A stretch of DNA of 64,000 bases, taken from Ramazzottius varieornatus. Lineage: Eukaryota; Animalia; Tardigrada. Below are positions 27,575 to 40,556 of this stretch, one piece after another. The notes below the pieces were generated by a model. The model was not told the origin of the DNA. It saw only the letters and a list, made by a program, of their open reading frames with translations, and made no database searches. Location: positions 9,182,464-9,246,463 of the forward strand of contig BDGG01000001.1 of the NCBI GenBank assembly GCA_001949185.1, written 5' to 3'. The translations under genes and the position numbers were made by a program. Numbering within the stretch: position 1 is the stretch's first letter; every line of letters begins with the position of its first letter.

Positions 27575-28078
27575 CGTGCTGCTTCCCTAGGCCCCTTGCC
27601 TCGTCTGAGAGAATCGATTCGACGGGAGGTTAGAAAGACATGGGGAATAGAGATTTGGCGTTCAAAATGGCGTCCAGCTTGTGGTAAAATACCGACGAGA
27701 TAAAACACTGGCAGGCTTGCGGGGCCACGTTACAAGATCGGCTCTTTGGCAGGCCTCCCGTGCAATGGCAACCAGCCTCCTTTGGAGCACATGGCTCACA
27801 ACTGCCCCAAGTCACCGCGACTCGAATGACTCATCTTTCTAAGACCCCGCCCTGCTGCTGACTAATCTAGTGGTGACGTCATGCGGCACAAGCAGGCTAA
27901 ATTGCGAAATTTTCCACAATTCAGATTCTTTCAGATTTCAGAAGGATTCTGCTGTCGCTGCTGATTCTTCACAGCTCTATTCCGTAGGGATGTACGTAGT
28001 TACGCAGGTGTTACGGAGCACATACCTTTCGACGCCGCGGAAGTGACGAAGTCTGTCGCAGTTGGTGCAGAGCTGAAT
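27575..28078. promoter_or_regulatory. probable bidirectional promoter (zinc-finger gene / neuroguidin)
   Basis: Head-to-head start codons about 500 bp apart; TGACGTCA (CRE, 27874-27881), AAAATGGCG (YY1-like, 27664-27672), CGGAAGTG (ETS-like, 28038-28045). Confidence 0.5.
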
Positions 28079-29319
28079 ATGGCATCCGGTGATAGCGGCC
28101 AAACTTTGGTTCCGACGGAGGCCGATCTTGCAGCATTCTCCACTCTTCTGCCAGCCTTGAGGAAGCAAGTCAAAGATGGCGCAGATGTTGTCCGCAAAGT
28201 TCGGGGAAAGTTTCCAGAGGAAGACGTCAATACTTTGGAGGTACGCAATTGCTTTTCAGCTATTGGAACTGAATGCACTCTGCTCTGGTTGATAACAGTT
28301 ACTGATTTGTCGCTTGATTGTTGATTCGAGGACTATCAGTGTATATTTACAGGGAATCAGCTTTTTGGAGCTGAAGAACCAGCTGATGCTAAACTACCTC
28401 CAAAACCTCACCTTCCTTATGCTGAAGAAAGCCTCCGGAGTGTCGATAAAGGATGATCCGGCCACACTGCGTATTGTGGAAATCCGAACGGTGCTGGAAC
28501 GGATGCGGCCGATGGAGAAGAAGTTGAGATATCACATTGATAAGCTTTTGAACGCCGCCACGTCGAAATCGTCCGAAGGCAGCCAAGATCCCCTCAGCTT
28601 TCGACCTAACCCTGATCTGATGGTTGGGGCCGGAGATGAGGAAGACGAAGGTGTCGACAATGATGAAAGTGAAGTGGAAGACGGTGACGAAGGTGAGCCA
28701 AGTTAGTTCTGTCTGGTTGATACGTTTACTAAACAATAGTCAACTTAGCTGTGGACTCTGCAGTTGCATCTGAGAAGAGGGCGCAGAGAAAGAACAAAGC
28801 GCGTGATGGCGTCTATGTCCCGCCGAAGATGAGCGCTGTTCCGTACAGCTTTGAGGAGAGGCCCAAGAATCGGACAGAGAAGGCCCAAGAGCGTGCCAAG
28901 CATCGGGCGCTGCATTCCACCATCATGCAGGAACTACGCCAAGAGTACTATGACGAACCGGAGGAAGTCCACGATGGCGATATCTACCGCATGAAGGCGG
29001 ATAAGCGGGCCAAAGAGCGGGAGGCCTACGAAGAGCGGACCATGACGCGCTTGAACGTAAGCAAGAAGGACAAGGCTCAGTCCAAGAGGATGGCCACCAT
29101 GTCCAGCCTCTCTCATATCGCCGACTTTAACGACTTCCGCGGCATGGACAAAGGTGACGATGATGGTGGATTCTTTGCTCAGGCCTCCAAGAAAAGGAAA
29201 AATCCTCAGCCGAAAAAGGCAAGTGACCATAGTCTTTCTTCTAGAGATGCTTTCTCACCGATGCTCAGTGCTTAATTTTTCAGGGCAAGAAGTCCAAAAA
29301 GTTCAAAAAGAGGCGATAG
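28079..29319 (+). CDS. NGDN: neuroguidin / Lcp5 (Sas10/Utp3/C1D family SSU processome factor), 4 exons
   Basis: GISFLELKNQLMLNY, EIRTVLERMRPMEKKLRYHIDKLL, DPLSFRPNP, GVYVPPK, basic tail GKKSKKFKKRR*. Confidence 0.92.
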
Positions 29320-29707
29320 AGGAATCCGTCCAGCAGTGTTGTTCCGTACCGTCCTTTCCCGATACCGAGCTTCCATGGAAGATATTCGTAAGATTTTTCT
29401 TCAAAGATGTACTTTTGAGACATTAATTTTACTGATTTCTTGCTTGTCAAAAGTTTTATTGCTGGGAAACAAGGGTGCCTCTCTCATGTTAATCAATCAA
29501 CTACGAACGGTAATACTTTACGTTAGAGCCGGTTAGGCCTTTGTTCTGACATCACCAATAAAGTGAGAAGGAATGTGAGTGAATTTCCCGAACGATTACA
29601 GTGAATAGTTTTCGTCAGCTACATATTGTGTTTTGAATTGTGAAGCGCTGTGATTGATGTTCAGCGTAATGAGCTTTCCAAGATGAGGGTAGATTGTACG
29701 GGGAAGG

Positions 29708-31962
29708 ATGCCTGACTCTCAAGATAGAACGTTAAGCGGTGCCTTTGCTATCCGACGGGGGACCGTTCTCGCCGACACTGACTTTCGTAACCTCGAACTC
29801 TGGACTGAAGAGGACGAGGAGCAGCACCGGGATGAGGAGAAGGACGATTATGCTGCCAACGATGATTTCGAGTTGGACGACAGCATTCGCTATCGCCCCC
29901 TCAACGTCAAGTCTGTCTTGAACGATGTCTGGGACCGCTTGTGCTGTCGAAAGTTTTATCGTATCGAGGGTGAAAAGTTTTACTTTCTCAAAACCATCCT
30001 GTCCAGCGAGTTGTGTGTACTGGAACTGTGCCAGTTCGAAGGCACGCCCTATGTCATCAAGAGAATTCCACTTCGAGAACCGGAAGGTAGGTCCATACCA
30101 GCAGCGACTTTCCCATGCAAATTCATGTGCCGATTTACCTCTTTTAATTAATCTGTCGGTGTTCGTTCTCTTTGCAGATTTGATCCGGGCAGCCGATCAG
30201 TTTAACAACCTTCGCAACTATGATCATCCGCACGTGGTGTTCGCATATAAGGCTGGAATCGGCAACTCGCCGACATGGACTAACTGGACCCGCACTGAAG
30301 TTCGCCTAGTCCTCCCTTACATCACCGGTCACCTCCTCTCCGTCGAGCTGGAAGAACGGCGGCGGAATAAACTGTGGATTCACCCACGGCGGATCCTTCG
30401 CATCTTACGCGAACTGATGGACGGTCGGTTCACAATATCGCCCATTTGTTCTAATAGCCTCAGGCGCGCAACCTGGGCGGGCCATTCAGTTGCCTCAACA
30501 TTCAGTTTGATTGCTGTGGGTATATGAACTTTATTGTACTGTTTGGCAGGTCTGTTTGAGATACATTCACATTCTAACGGCGACGCTCATCGGGACATTC
30601 GGCCGGGCACCATCATGATCCGCGTGCCCGATGACTGGCCGGTCATCGTTGAGCTGGACTATTGCTCGCCGGCCGTTGTCATGACCAACGATGATGAAGA
30701 GCTCCAGCAGATTATCCAAATCTCCAATAACGTCACCTCGCTCTTTTATCGCGCACCGGAAACCTTTGATATTAGCGTCGAGTCAGTGATCGATGAGAGG
30801 ACGGACATTTGGGCTGCCGGCTGTGTCCTGTTTGCCATGTGTTTCTTCCGTTCGCCCTTCCAACCTGAAGGCAAGCTTTTCTTGATCATTTCCTCAGGCA
30901 TCATTATGTAGATAGATGGCGCAGTTGAATGACCGGACACTGTTTAATTGTAGTGTTCTTCGGCAGATGTGTCCGATCCACCGCCCAAAGACTTTGCCAT
31001 CGAGCCGGTGCGTGAGGCCATACTTAACCTCAAGATGGAGCATTTCCTGAACCATATCGTTCCTTCTGACTCGCCGTACCCGGCGGAGATGCACGCCTAC
31101 ATGGCCAGACTGCTGTCGGTTGACTTACTCAGTCGTCCCACCACCGAGCAGGCCATCCGCGAGCTGGACGACATTATCGCCAAACTTGCAGGTCTGTCTA
31201 GCTTCCTGATACACTGACTTCCCACCACGTCTAATTGGGCGTTGCTGCTGTCTTCTGTAGGCCCAGACCAGCCAATCTGTGTCAAGTACCCTTGGGTCAA
31301 TCCAGCTGCCGACGAGATGGCTGCCGATGTACTGAGGAACCGCGACAAAGCCATCGAACTGGATTTTGATAAAAATTACCCCAACTTGCGCAGCTACTCT
31401 TATGCCGAAGCATTCGCCAGTATGTCCTACTCCATTAGTGAAATATTTGTACATTGGGCTGTATTCTGGGGGAATCGGCTTCTGTGCTTTCCTTTCGGCC
31501 TTTCGTATCCTGACTTGATGGGTCACATCAGTGTTCTTTTCTGTTTTAGACTGTATGATCGAGAACCGTGATCATTGCCAGTACCACATTGACGAGATGG
31601 TGTACACGGTCGGTAACATGCAGTCCGAGTCGCGCTTCCTGCACCACGCCCTACGGACCATGCGCAACCGCGGTTACGGAGCCAGCCGCGTCGACATCTA
31701 CCCGCGCTTCGTCAAGAACAACTCTACCATGCTGGGAGCCTTCCAGCCACCGGAAAGTCCGCGGACGGCTCTGCGACCCAGCCGCTTCCGCATAGCCAGC
31801 TTCCCCAAAAGCAGGTCGACCGACGGTCAAGTGACCTCTACTTCGCCTCGCCCCACTGATCGTCTAATGCCCAGCCAAGTTGGCCAGCTGGAGATTATGC
31901 CCACTATCTATGACGATCTTCGAGAACTGGCTTCCAGCACCTCTAACAATGCTCTGAAATAG
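29708..31962 (+). CDS. STK16 (NAK family)-like protein kinase, probably catalytically impaired, with C-terminal extension
   Basis: YVIKRI, HRDIRPGT, YRAPETFD...VIDERTDIWAAGCVLFAMCF closely match STK16 subdomains VIII-IX; six exons join in frame. Confidence 0.8.
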
Positions 31963-32320
31963 ACTAAACCTAGTAGTTGAACCTCCTCACATGCCACAGC
32001 TCCCCCAGTAACCTCCTATTTTTGATGACAAGCTATGTCTTTGTTTCCTAGCGCAGCTCCTACCTTGTCCATGTTGACAAACTTTGCAGAGATATTTATC
32101 TGTATATTCTCCGTGCACTTGCCGCCCTTTCTATTGATATTTCGAAAGGCACCATCTTTGCGAATGCTTTTTTAACACTGCTACATTCGACATAAAGTAT
32201 TCTTTCTGTACATTCTGTCACATCTAGTAAAAAAAAGTCATTAGACTGTGAGTAGTCATTTGTCTGGTTCCGTCTGGTAAGAATATTTCCAACATGACGT
32301 CTGTCATTGAGGGCTTATAA

Positions 32321-33812
32321 CTACAGCGCAGTAAGTATTTCTGAGCCTTCTTTGGTGATGAGGATAGTTTCTTCAAACTGGGCTGATCGGCTGTTCTCGA
32401 GGGAAAGCGCGGTCCACCCATCCTCCTGGATCTCCACTTCATCGCCCCCTTCCGATATCACCGGTTCTACCGAAAAAAGACGAGACGGCAGCCTTAGTTA
32501 ACACTTTCTCCAAGGACGATATTATTCCCACTGACAAGTGAGGAGAAGGATGGCGCTTCCATACCTATCGTGAATATCATTCCGGCTTTCATGACGGCCG
32601 TTCCCACGTTTCCGATGTGTATAATGTCGGGCTTCATGTGAAAATCTTCCCCGATTCCGTGTCCGCAAAATATCGGAATTACGGAATACCCTGCCTCATA
32701 AGCAATGCCCCTAAAAAAACAGGTGCAAAATGAGAAATGAAAGCTTTGATGGTACAACTAACAGCCAATGCTCAACCGAGATGTTCATTATAATGCAGGT
32801 CGCTGGATAGCGTACTCTATAGTTTGCCCGATATCCGCCAATTTCCTTCCATCTCGACAAAGCTTGATCGCTTCATACAGTGCTGTCTTGGTCACGTCCA
32901 TCAGCCGAACTGCCTCCTCGTCAGTCCGTCCAACAGCGAACGTCTCCGAGCAATCGCCATGATATCCGCCTATGAAGACCAGTACGGAAAGACAGAATAA
33001 TATTATACGTCCTAACTGTCTCCAGTACCATATCTAGCTTACTGACACATCGACATTGAGGATATCGCCATCCATCAGAGGCCTTCTATCGGGCATTCCA
33101 TGGCAAGCCACGTTATTGACCGAAGTACAGATGGACTTTGGGTAGTTCATGTAGTTCAAGGGAGAAGGATAAGCGTCATGCCGTACAATATAGTCGAATG
33201 CCATCTCGTCGAGCTCATCCGTCGTCAAACCAACCTGCAACATTAAACACCGCCGTCAAAGTTACGGCACATGACCATCAGAGAAGTACCCTGATGGATC
33301 AGAAGCCCGATTCCGGCGAAAACTGGCTTGCTATATGAGCTGCCTATAATTACTTACATAAAGCGAAACAACTACAGTGGCACAACTTGGTCTTCCACTT
33401 CAATATCTATAGTTCAAGCTGTTGCTCGCACCTTAAGCTGCGAACCGAGGTAGTTCAAGGTCTTGCGAGCTAATTTACAAGCATTACGAACGCCATCAAT
33501 CCGCGGAAGGGAGTGCAGGTTGGTCTGCTTCCTGGCCGGTCCCACATGGCCAGCTGTGGCGTATGGTGGCGCGATCACGCCACGTGGTACACGTCGGATC
33601 TTACTGCGTGCATCGGGATCGTAGTGTAAATGCGGCTGCACTAGGTTAAACCTTACGGCAGTAGAAGCAGGATTCCTGGGAACGGTCGAGGAGCTAGAAG
33701 AAGCAGAGAGATGGACTTGCCGTCTGTATAGTTGAGCAGCCTCCAACGTTTCATTGCAGCGAAGTGATCTAAGAGAAAGAGACACCAGTCTTGAACATGC
33801 AGCGTCAAACAT
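32321..33812 (-). CDS. METAP1D: methionine aminopeptidase 1D, mitochondrial
   Basis: Transit-peptide-like N-terminus, no zinc fingers; AYPSPLNY, PKSICTSVNNVACHG, DVSVFIGGYHGD, FCGHGIG, FTIEP, SAQFEET. Confidence 0.9.
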
Positions 33813-34588
33813 GGATACTAGTCAGTCGACGACCGATTTTGACGAGAGGAAAGATGGACAACGAGCCATCGGCACAATGTTCGAGAAGGAAAGTGTTTTG
33901 TGACTTTTGTCGCTGGATCTTCTGGAAGACTGGAACGCTGAAATTGCACCTTGTTCAGTTGTTGAGTCGTCAGGTGAGAGATTGCGTAAACCAAAAAATC
34001 GTCAGAGTTTGGGAGTGTGCACCGAAACCCTGCTCGTAATTTCACCCCTGATCGCCCGGGGAGTGCGCCGCAATCGGTCTATCGAAAGGCCTAAACACCC
34101 CTGACACAGCCCTTGGACTTTAAGTCGTTATATGGGTTATGGCTTCCTGACGTAGCCGTTTGACCAGTGGTCGGTTGGTCAAATGGTTTCAGCTCCATGT
34201 CCCTCGACGTTTGTTCCATGTTGTGACTGTTGTCTCAATAGCAGTTGAGAAAAGCCCCTGGGGTGCCAACACTTCAAAACCGTTTCCTGAACAATCGTGT
34301 TGTTAGTCAATGTTCCGGAAATTGGGCCACCGAAACCCATATTTTATACATAAATTAACCACTGAATAAAAGTTCGATAAGTAAAAAAGGCAATCCCGTT
34401 ATGTTGTATCGTGTTTCCATCAGGACACAACATGAAGAAGGACTACTCGTACACAACACAGCCGGTGACACCTTGCCAAGTTCTCTTCCAAGTTTCTGGT
34501 AGTTACGTCAAAATCTCCGCCAAGCCAAAGTTTCTCACAGCAAAGCGTTCGAAAATAGAAGAAGGTAAACTTCAGCTGGGCAGAACAG

Positions 34589-35648
34589 CTAGTTCTTGAA
34601 GAGCGTAAACTTTGGCCGTGCTTCCACTCCGCGGGCTGCTTGACTGACTCGTTCTTGTTCCTGATGTGACTGTAACAGAAGCACCATTTAGCATATGATA
34701 CTTGGCTTCAGCACCAGTAGGAATAAACTGCAAAATGGACTTGAATGGAAGGCATGAAGAGAGTGGAAGAAACAGAGTATCAAACTATGCCATTCCGAAA
34801 AGCAACTTACGACAAACTCCATCTGTATTTTCATATTCGCCGGCAAGGCTTCCTTGATGCGTTCCCCGATAGCCACACAGTGCGACTCGTCTTCATCTTT
34901 CGTCCATATGCCAAAGCGGAACTGTTTAGCCCGGGCAGAGGCAACCACTCCGTTGACGTACTCTCCCGTCTCTCCAAAATGCTCTCCCACACATATCATC
35001 AACTATAGACCGAAGAACACGTTAAGCGATCATTTCTGGCCTCGCAAGGAAAGGATAACTGACTAGTTCTCTGAAGATGTCATCGACGCGTGGTCCAACT
35101 TGGCGAACCTCAAAGGCAATTTTCCACGCACCACCTAGCCGATTTTGCTTGTCTTCCCAAGCCGGCTTTATTCTATCCATATCGGCTTTGCCACCTCGGA
35201 ACAGAGAGTAATCGGAGCCTTTCCGCAGTTGACTCAAAGGCGTTATATGATGGTACAACCTACAACAACCGTCAAAGCGACCAAAATGAGCGTCTGGGCT
35301 CACTCTATTAAATATCGCATGATCAAGCAGCCTAATCCGTAAGATCCGCTCGAGGGACCGCTCAATACCCCAGCTCGCTAAAATCACTTACGCCCAAAAA
35401 TCTTCCACTGTGTCAAAGGATAAGACATCTCGGTTTGCTCTGGACCAGTCTTTCCTGGCTTCATCGGGGTCGAGGTAGTAGAAGGTCCACGAAGTGGCCA
35501 GAGGATGCGTTATCTGGCTTTCGTCGAGTTCTGTCGTGACATCTGCAGCCCCCGGGCCCATCTCTTTTTCGCCAACCACCTATAAGAGAGGAGCCCGGCT
35601 AAATTTGCAATGTTTCCAAGTTTTCTAGATAGATGTGTGTACGACCAT
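34589..35648 (-). CDS. EIF4E: eukaryotic translation initiation factor 4E family member (divergent)
   Basis: HPLATSWTFYY, FDTVEDFWALYHHI, DYSLFR, IKPAWED, GGAW, VNGVVASAR, GIWT. Start codon choice (35648) is less certain. Confidence 0.88.
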
Positions 35649-37219
35649 TTGTTCTCAACAAGATCCGAAACGAACAAGTCAAATACTGTCAGCCACACAC
35701 CGACAGTCTCGGTGACCTTGATCAACTTGCGTATTACGTCACTGATACTGACTGGGCGATATACGGGAGACTGAAAGTTCCGTGACGCCTGCGCCACACT
35801 GAACGAAGATACGTCAAATCGACAAGCTTGATTGATTGTTGATTCGTGCTGATCCTCTCAAACTGCTTTACATCCCCGACTTAGATCTTCGTCCGGAACC
35901 TAGTCAACCCGATATCCAACCCCAAAATTTGGAAACCCTTCTTACAAAGGGTCAAGTAGGCGATGCTTTCCTGCGGAAGCTGGAGTAGGCCTATTGAAGA
36001 CCCTCTCGCGCTGGGATATTCACCGGTAGAATGACAAGCAAATTTACCAGGACTTACCACTTCAGACGCCATATCTTGCTAATTCAGGTAGCAGGGGTAT
36101 GCCAGTGACCGACTTATACACTGGGATCGAAGTTGGGACCAGTATTTCTCGGAGTAGGAGTAGAAGATTAAGATGAATCCGTTCCTCGCGCTGAACTAGC
36201 AAACGGATGTCGAAAGTTCATTGCTGTGCTGTGCTGGCAAAAAATCCATCTGCTCGTTTCGAGAGCCGTGACGTCACATGACCTAGCGCGAAGAGCCTGC
36301 GGGGCCGCGAACATCGACCGGAACGAGTGTGACGTTGTACCGGAATTCGCAGCAGCATAGTGTGAGCATACCCAGACGCATCTCAAGTTGACAGTCTGTT
36401 GACACTGTGAGTATTAGCTTTCTGGAATGGGCGGAGCGTCCCCAACACAGCCAGGAATCAAAATTAGAGTCAGGCCAGTGCTCGAATCTGATACATCGTG
36501 CCAACCTGGTTCCAACACCCATTTTTACAAGCTTATTTTGTTGCACACTCGCACCTCAGGGGCTCCCTAGACCGGAAGCGCAAACGATCTTATGGATCAT
36601 ACGGTTCTTCCCGTTCGCAGCGGCAAACCCCTTCTGGCTTATCGCGGTCCCAGGAAAGAATACAGCAGTTGAATCATACTAACATTCCTGCTAGCTCACT
36701 GCCACAGTTGTCTGCCTCGGACCACCTATATCGAAGGATGAAGTCCTTGTTACAAATCTTTCATGGGTTCCCGCAATCCCACGTAGCAAACGGATGCGGC
36801 GGTCCGACATCCGCGCTGCCGTTGCTGGCATGAATATCAAAATATATGAGTAGGTTGCTCGGCGACAGTGTGGACTTCGGTTAGCTCCACCGCTGACAGC
36901 TTCCGAAGGCAGGAAGGCGACAGCTATAACACCGTCAAACTGATCCTACTGGCACAGGGACTCGGGACCTCGTTAAACCGAACACTTTCGACTTCCAACT
37001 TCCGTAAGTGGAAGATGTTTCAAGGGGGATCCACATGGCCGTGTGGCTTTGTTGTGCCAACTTCTGGGAAATTACTACGAAACAACACTGTCTCGAGCAG
37101 ACTGCTCCATCAACGTGATGGCAAGGCAAGTTTTTTTATTACGCCCAAGGAACATGGTGGTGGCCGACATGCTACTCCTGCAGCTTTGATCTACATCGTA
37201 TCTTCATGGACATTCGACA

Positions 37220-38792
37220 ATGCGTTTGCAGATTTCGCGGTCGATGTTCTTCCGAGCCAAGAGACCCAGAGTACTTTTACAACTATTCCTGCTCTTGGCA
37301 GCCTTCCTGCTACTCGCCTTGTATTCCATCAAAGGCCTGGGTTCGCAGCTTACGCCGCCACATTTTCTGAAAGTCACCGATCAGCCTTTGTGTCGGAAGT
37401 CGGACATCGGTGTTGACCAACCCTTAATGCGAGTCATGGTAGCCTTCTTCCCCGTCAGTGAGTCCAACTACCTTATCCAGATTAAGTGGTGCTTTCGAAG
37501 CTTGCTGGAGATGCTCAAGAGCCAACCGCCATTGTGGCGCACCGACGTTATCCTCTACGTGCAGAATACGACGGCCAAGGACCTTCTGGAACTGGGGTGC
37601 TCCACCCAGCCTAGAAAAGATAAGGAGGAACCTTTCAAATGCATATTGGTCCAATACACCAGAGTAAAGGATAGGCCGGTCAGGCTTCTTCTCTCAACAG
37701 GTACAATCTTTGTCACAGGGTCCGTATCGGGGCACTCCGTAGTCAGGTTCGAAATGTGGTCTTGTTCACTTGCAGAGTACGAGCAGGACCTAGTGGAACA
37801 ATTAAAGGAGTTTCCGTCCGCTGATTCGATTGTGCCCTTGGCCGAGCAGTCTGAACACTTTATCCAATACGACGTGGTTATCCGTTCGGACCTGGATGTC
37901 TTTTTCACTCCTGCCTTTGCTACATGGGTGCCTGGTCGATGTGAGTTTGTCTCTGGCAGTGGCGGTTACAGTACGAGCTTCAACGTTCAGAAGTTGGCCG
38001 CAGTAGCTCGTTACAACAACATCCCCTTTGACAGCACCATTTGGGACATTGGCTCAACGTGGGTGACTTCCGGCCCTTTGGCGGCCAAGGTAGCTCAGCG
38101 CACTCTCCACTGGATGATCTTCCTCAGCCGGACGGAATTTGCTCCTTTATGGCGAACGATGCAGTGGTGGAATAAAGCGACTTTATGGCCGGACTGGCAT
38201 TTTGGTGTTAGTTTAAGATTTAAAATTGGTTTATATTAAACATTTAACGAATGTTGATAAATATGTTAACAATAAAACAATAGACGTTGTTTATCGTTTT
38301 ATTATTTACTCCAATTAATTATTTATTACTTTGTTGTTATCCAGGTTATTTTATTGTATGGCGCACAACTTGCCGTCAACGAAGTCATGAATGCGGCACC
38401 TCTGAACAGAAAGACGCTCAATGGGTAAGCAATTGTTCAAATCGAAATCCATATTTATCCAACCAGCAATGCAAACTGATCTCTGCAGGAGAAGGGAAAC
38501 TTACATCTACGTGAAAGCCAAGCTGGACATTCAGTCCTCCTCCACGCTGGAATACGAAAAGGCTGGAGTGCTGCATATTCACACTTTCCAGGATGGCGAA
38601 TATTTCAGCAAGTTCAGGTTCGTCGAGGGAAAGTACGCCGGCAACGACACGCTTTTACCGCCATCGCTCAACGCAACCCAAGGAAGAGTCTGCGACTATG
38701 CAGCCTACATTGCTCGACAAAGTCAGCTCATCTCGCTGCCCGAATTAGGGAAGCAGCTTCGAAATGTTAAATCTGGTCATCTTCTTGTCTAG
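37220..38792 (+). CDS. type II membrane protein with DxD motif, putative glycosyltransferase-like (4 exons)
   Basis: N-terminal TM (VLLQLFLLLAAFLLLALY), YDVVIRSDLDVFFTP, GSGGY, IGSTW, WPDWHFGVILLYGAQLAVN; GT-AG introns join in frame. Confidence 0.7.
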
Positions 38793-39076
38793 CGTCTCCG
38801 TTATGGGATAACCGTGCGCATTTTTGGTGTCGTGTCGTAGTTTTTAGTGTTTAAGACACTCGAGAAGGATTCTTTTAGTTGGTTAGAGTAGAGTGTGTGA
38901 CCCTTTCTGGGTCGTTTCATCCCTATCACCGAACAACAAAATGTTTCAAAATTCACTGAAAACCTCAACGAGACCAAACTATCAACGTCAAAAACATAAA
39001 TAAATAAAAGTCCAAAGAAACCACTAGCGGAATATATTTGACAGCAAACCAAGTACCTTCACCAGTAAGAAGTTTG

Positions 39077-40556
39077 TCAGATGAACTGCAGGTTTGTTCC
39101 ACCATAACCGTACTGGTCTTTATGGGAATCAAACAGTTCAGTTAGAGCGTCTAGGTACTGCAGATGGAGCGAGTCGATCTCCACTTCCGATGGCTCGGCG
39201 ATCTGCGTTACTGGCAGCGGCTTTCCAACTGCAGAAGAGATGGCGAGATGAAGGGTGAATCGAGGAGCCACAAGCGAATGGGTAACCTACCGACAACATG
39301 TATAGGGTGGCGGCGTGGCATCCAGCCGATGGTATAGTTTGCCAGACCTCGGCCGACAAAAAAGACGGGAACGATACCCGTTCGCTTCTGCAGCCATCGT
39401 TGGCCTCGTCGGATCAATGAGCCTGGCGGATTCGGTATCAACTGCTCGAACAAGTTGTTCTCCCCTGAAAGGAACGATACGGGACTGACAGTTATGAAGA
39501 CGCTGCCTGGAACCAGTGCGCCCCATCCTCTTACCGAAACCGTAGACGGGAACCAAGTAAGCCCCCGTCCTCAGTGCCATCTTGATGAAACCCTTGCGGT
39601 TCTTTAGCACCAGCCTCGTTCCTCCGGGGCGCGCTTCCATCGACTCACTGGCTCCGCCAACGACCAAGACAATGGCGTTTCCGGTCGAGGACTGTGTAAT
39701 GTACTTGATGTTTTCCTTGGAAGCGTTAGAAGCACCCAGGGCCATGAAGAACTCTAACATCACAAGGCCGATAACAGATTGCCGTTTCGTGCCCAACATA
39801 TACAAAGGGGATAGACTCACCTCGCGCCACCGGCCAAATATATGCCAACCTCGTTGTTAGCAAATGCACCGTTATACCAGGAAACTTTTCGCTGAAGCCC
39901 AAGGCTTCAGTTAAGAAGGAACACAAAGCACCCACACCTGCAAGTAAGAGGCACCGCTCAAGATCTACCTCCTATTGCTGTCCAATTGGCCTAACCAGAG
40001 CTTGGGCTAACCACGTACATCACTTACCCGCAATGCCGTGAGGGTGATAGCCGAACAAATAGTTTCGTTCAGCAGGGAGATCATGAGTTTTAATCAGGTC
40101 AACAGGAAAGTAGTCGCACCAGTACGAGTAAATCCACAACTCTCGAATCCATTGGAATCGTCTTCCGCCCCGGTTATGCTGGTTAAAGTCCAAGTATAAC
40201 CTGCAAAGGCAAAACGATCGCAACCATCAACCGACTCATATCTGAAGACACAAAGAGGCCTCTACTGCCAAGAATCTTGACGTTTACCAGGCAAAATAGA
40301 GGAGAGGTATCCAGAAAAGGAGTCTGCAGCAGAGCAGACGGTAAAAGATGTAGATGGTCACTATCCATCCACCCATAAACCATGTAACGAGAAGGAATGT
40401 GGCCAAGGTTTGAAGGCGTCGCTCCCACGGAAGGTCGAATGGAGCAAACTGGATGCCCGCGAACTTTGCACCTTCTCGGAATGGATGACGCACATCCAGA
40501 GCATCCTGCGTTTCGTGCACGTTTGACTCGGGGACCTTATCCGGAGAAGGGCTCAT
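39077..40556 (-). CDS. DGAT2/MOGAT family acylglycerol acyltransferase
   Basis: [61 protein letters not shown]. Confidence 0.92.
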
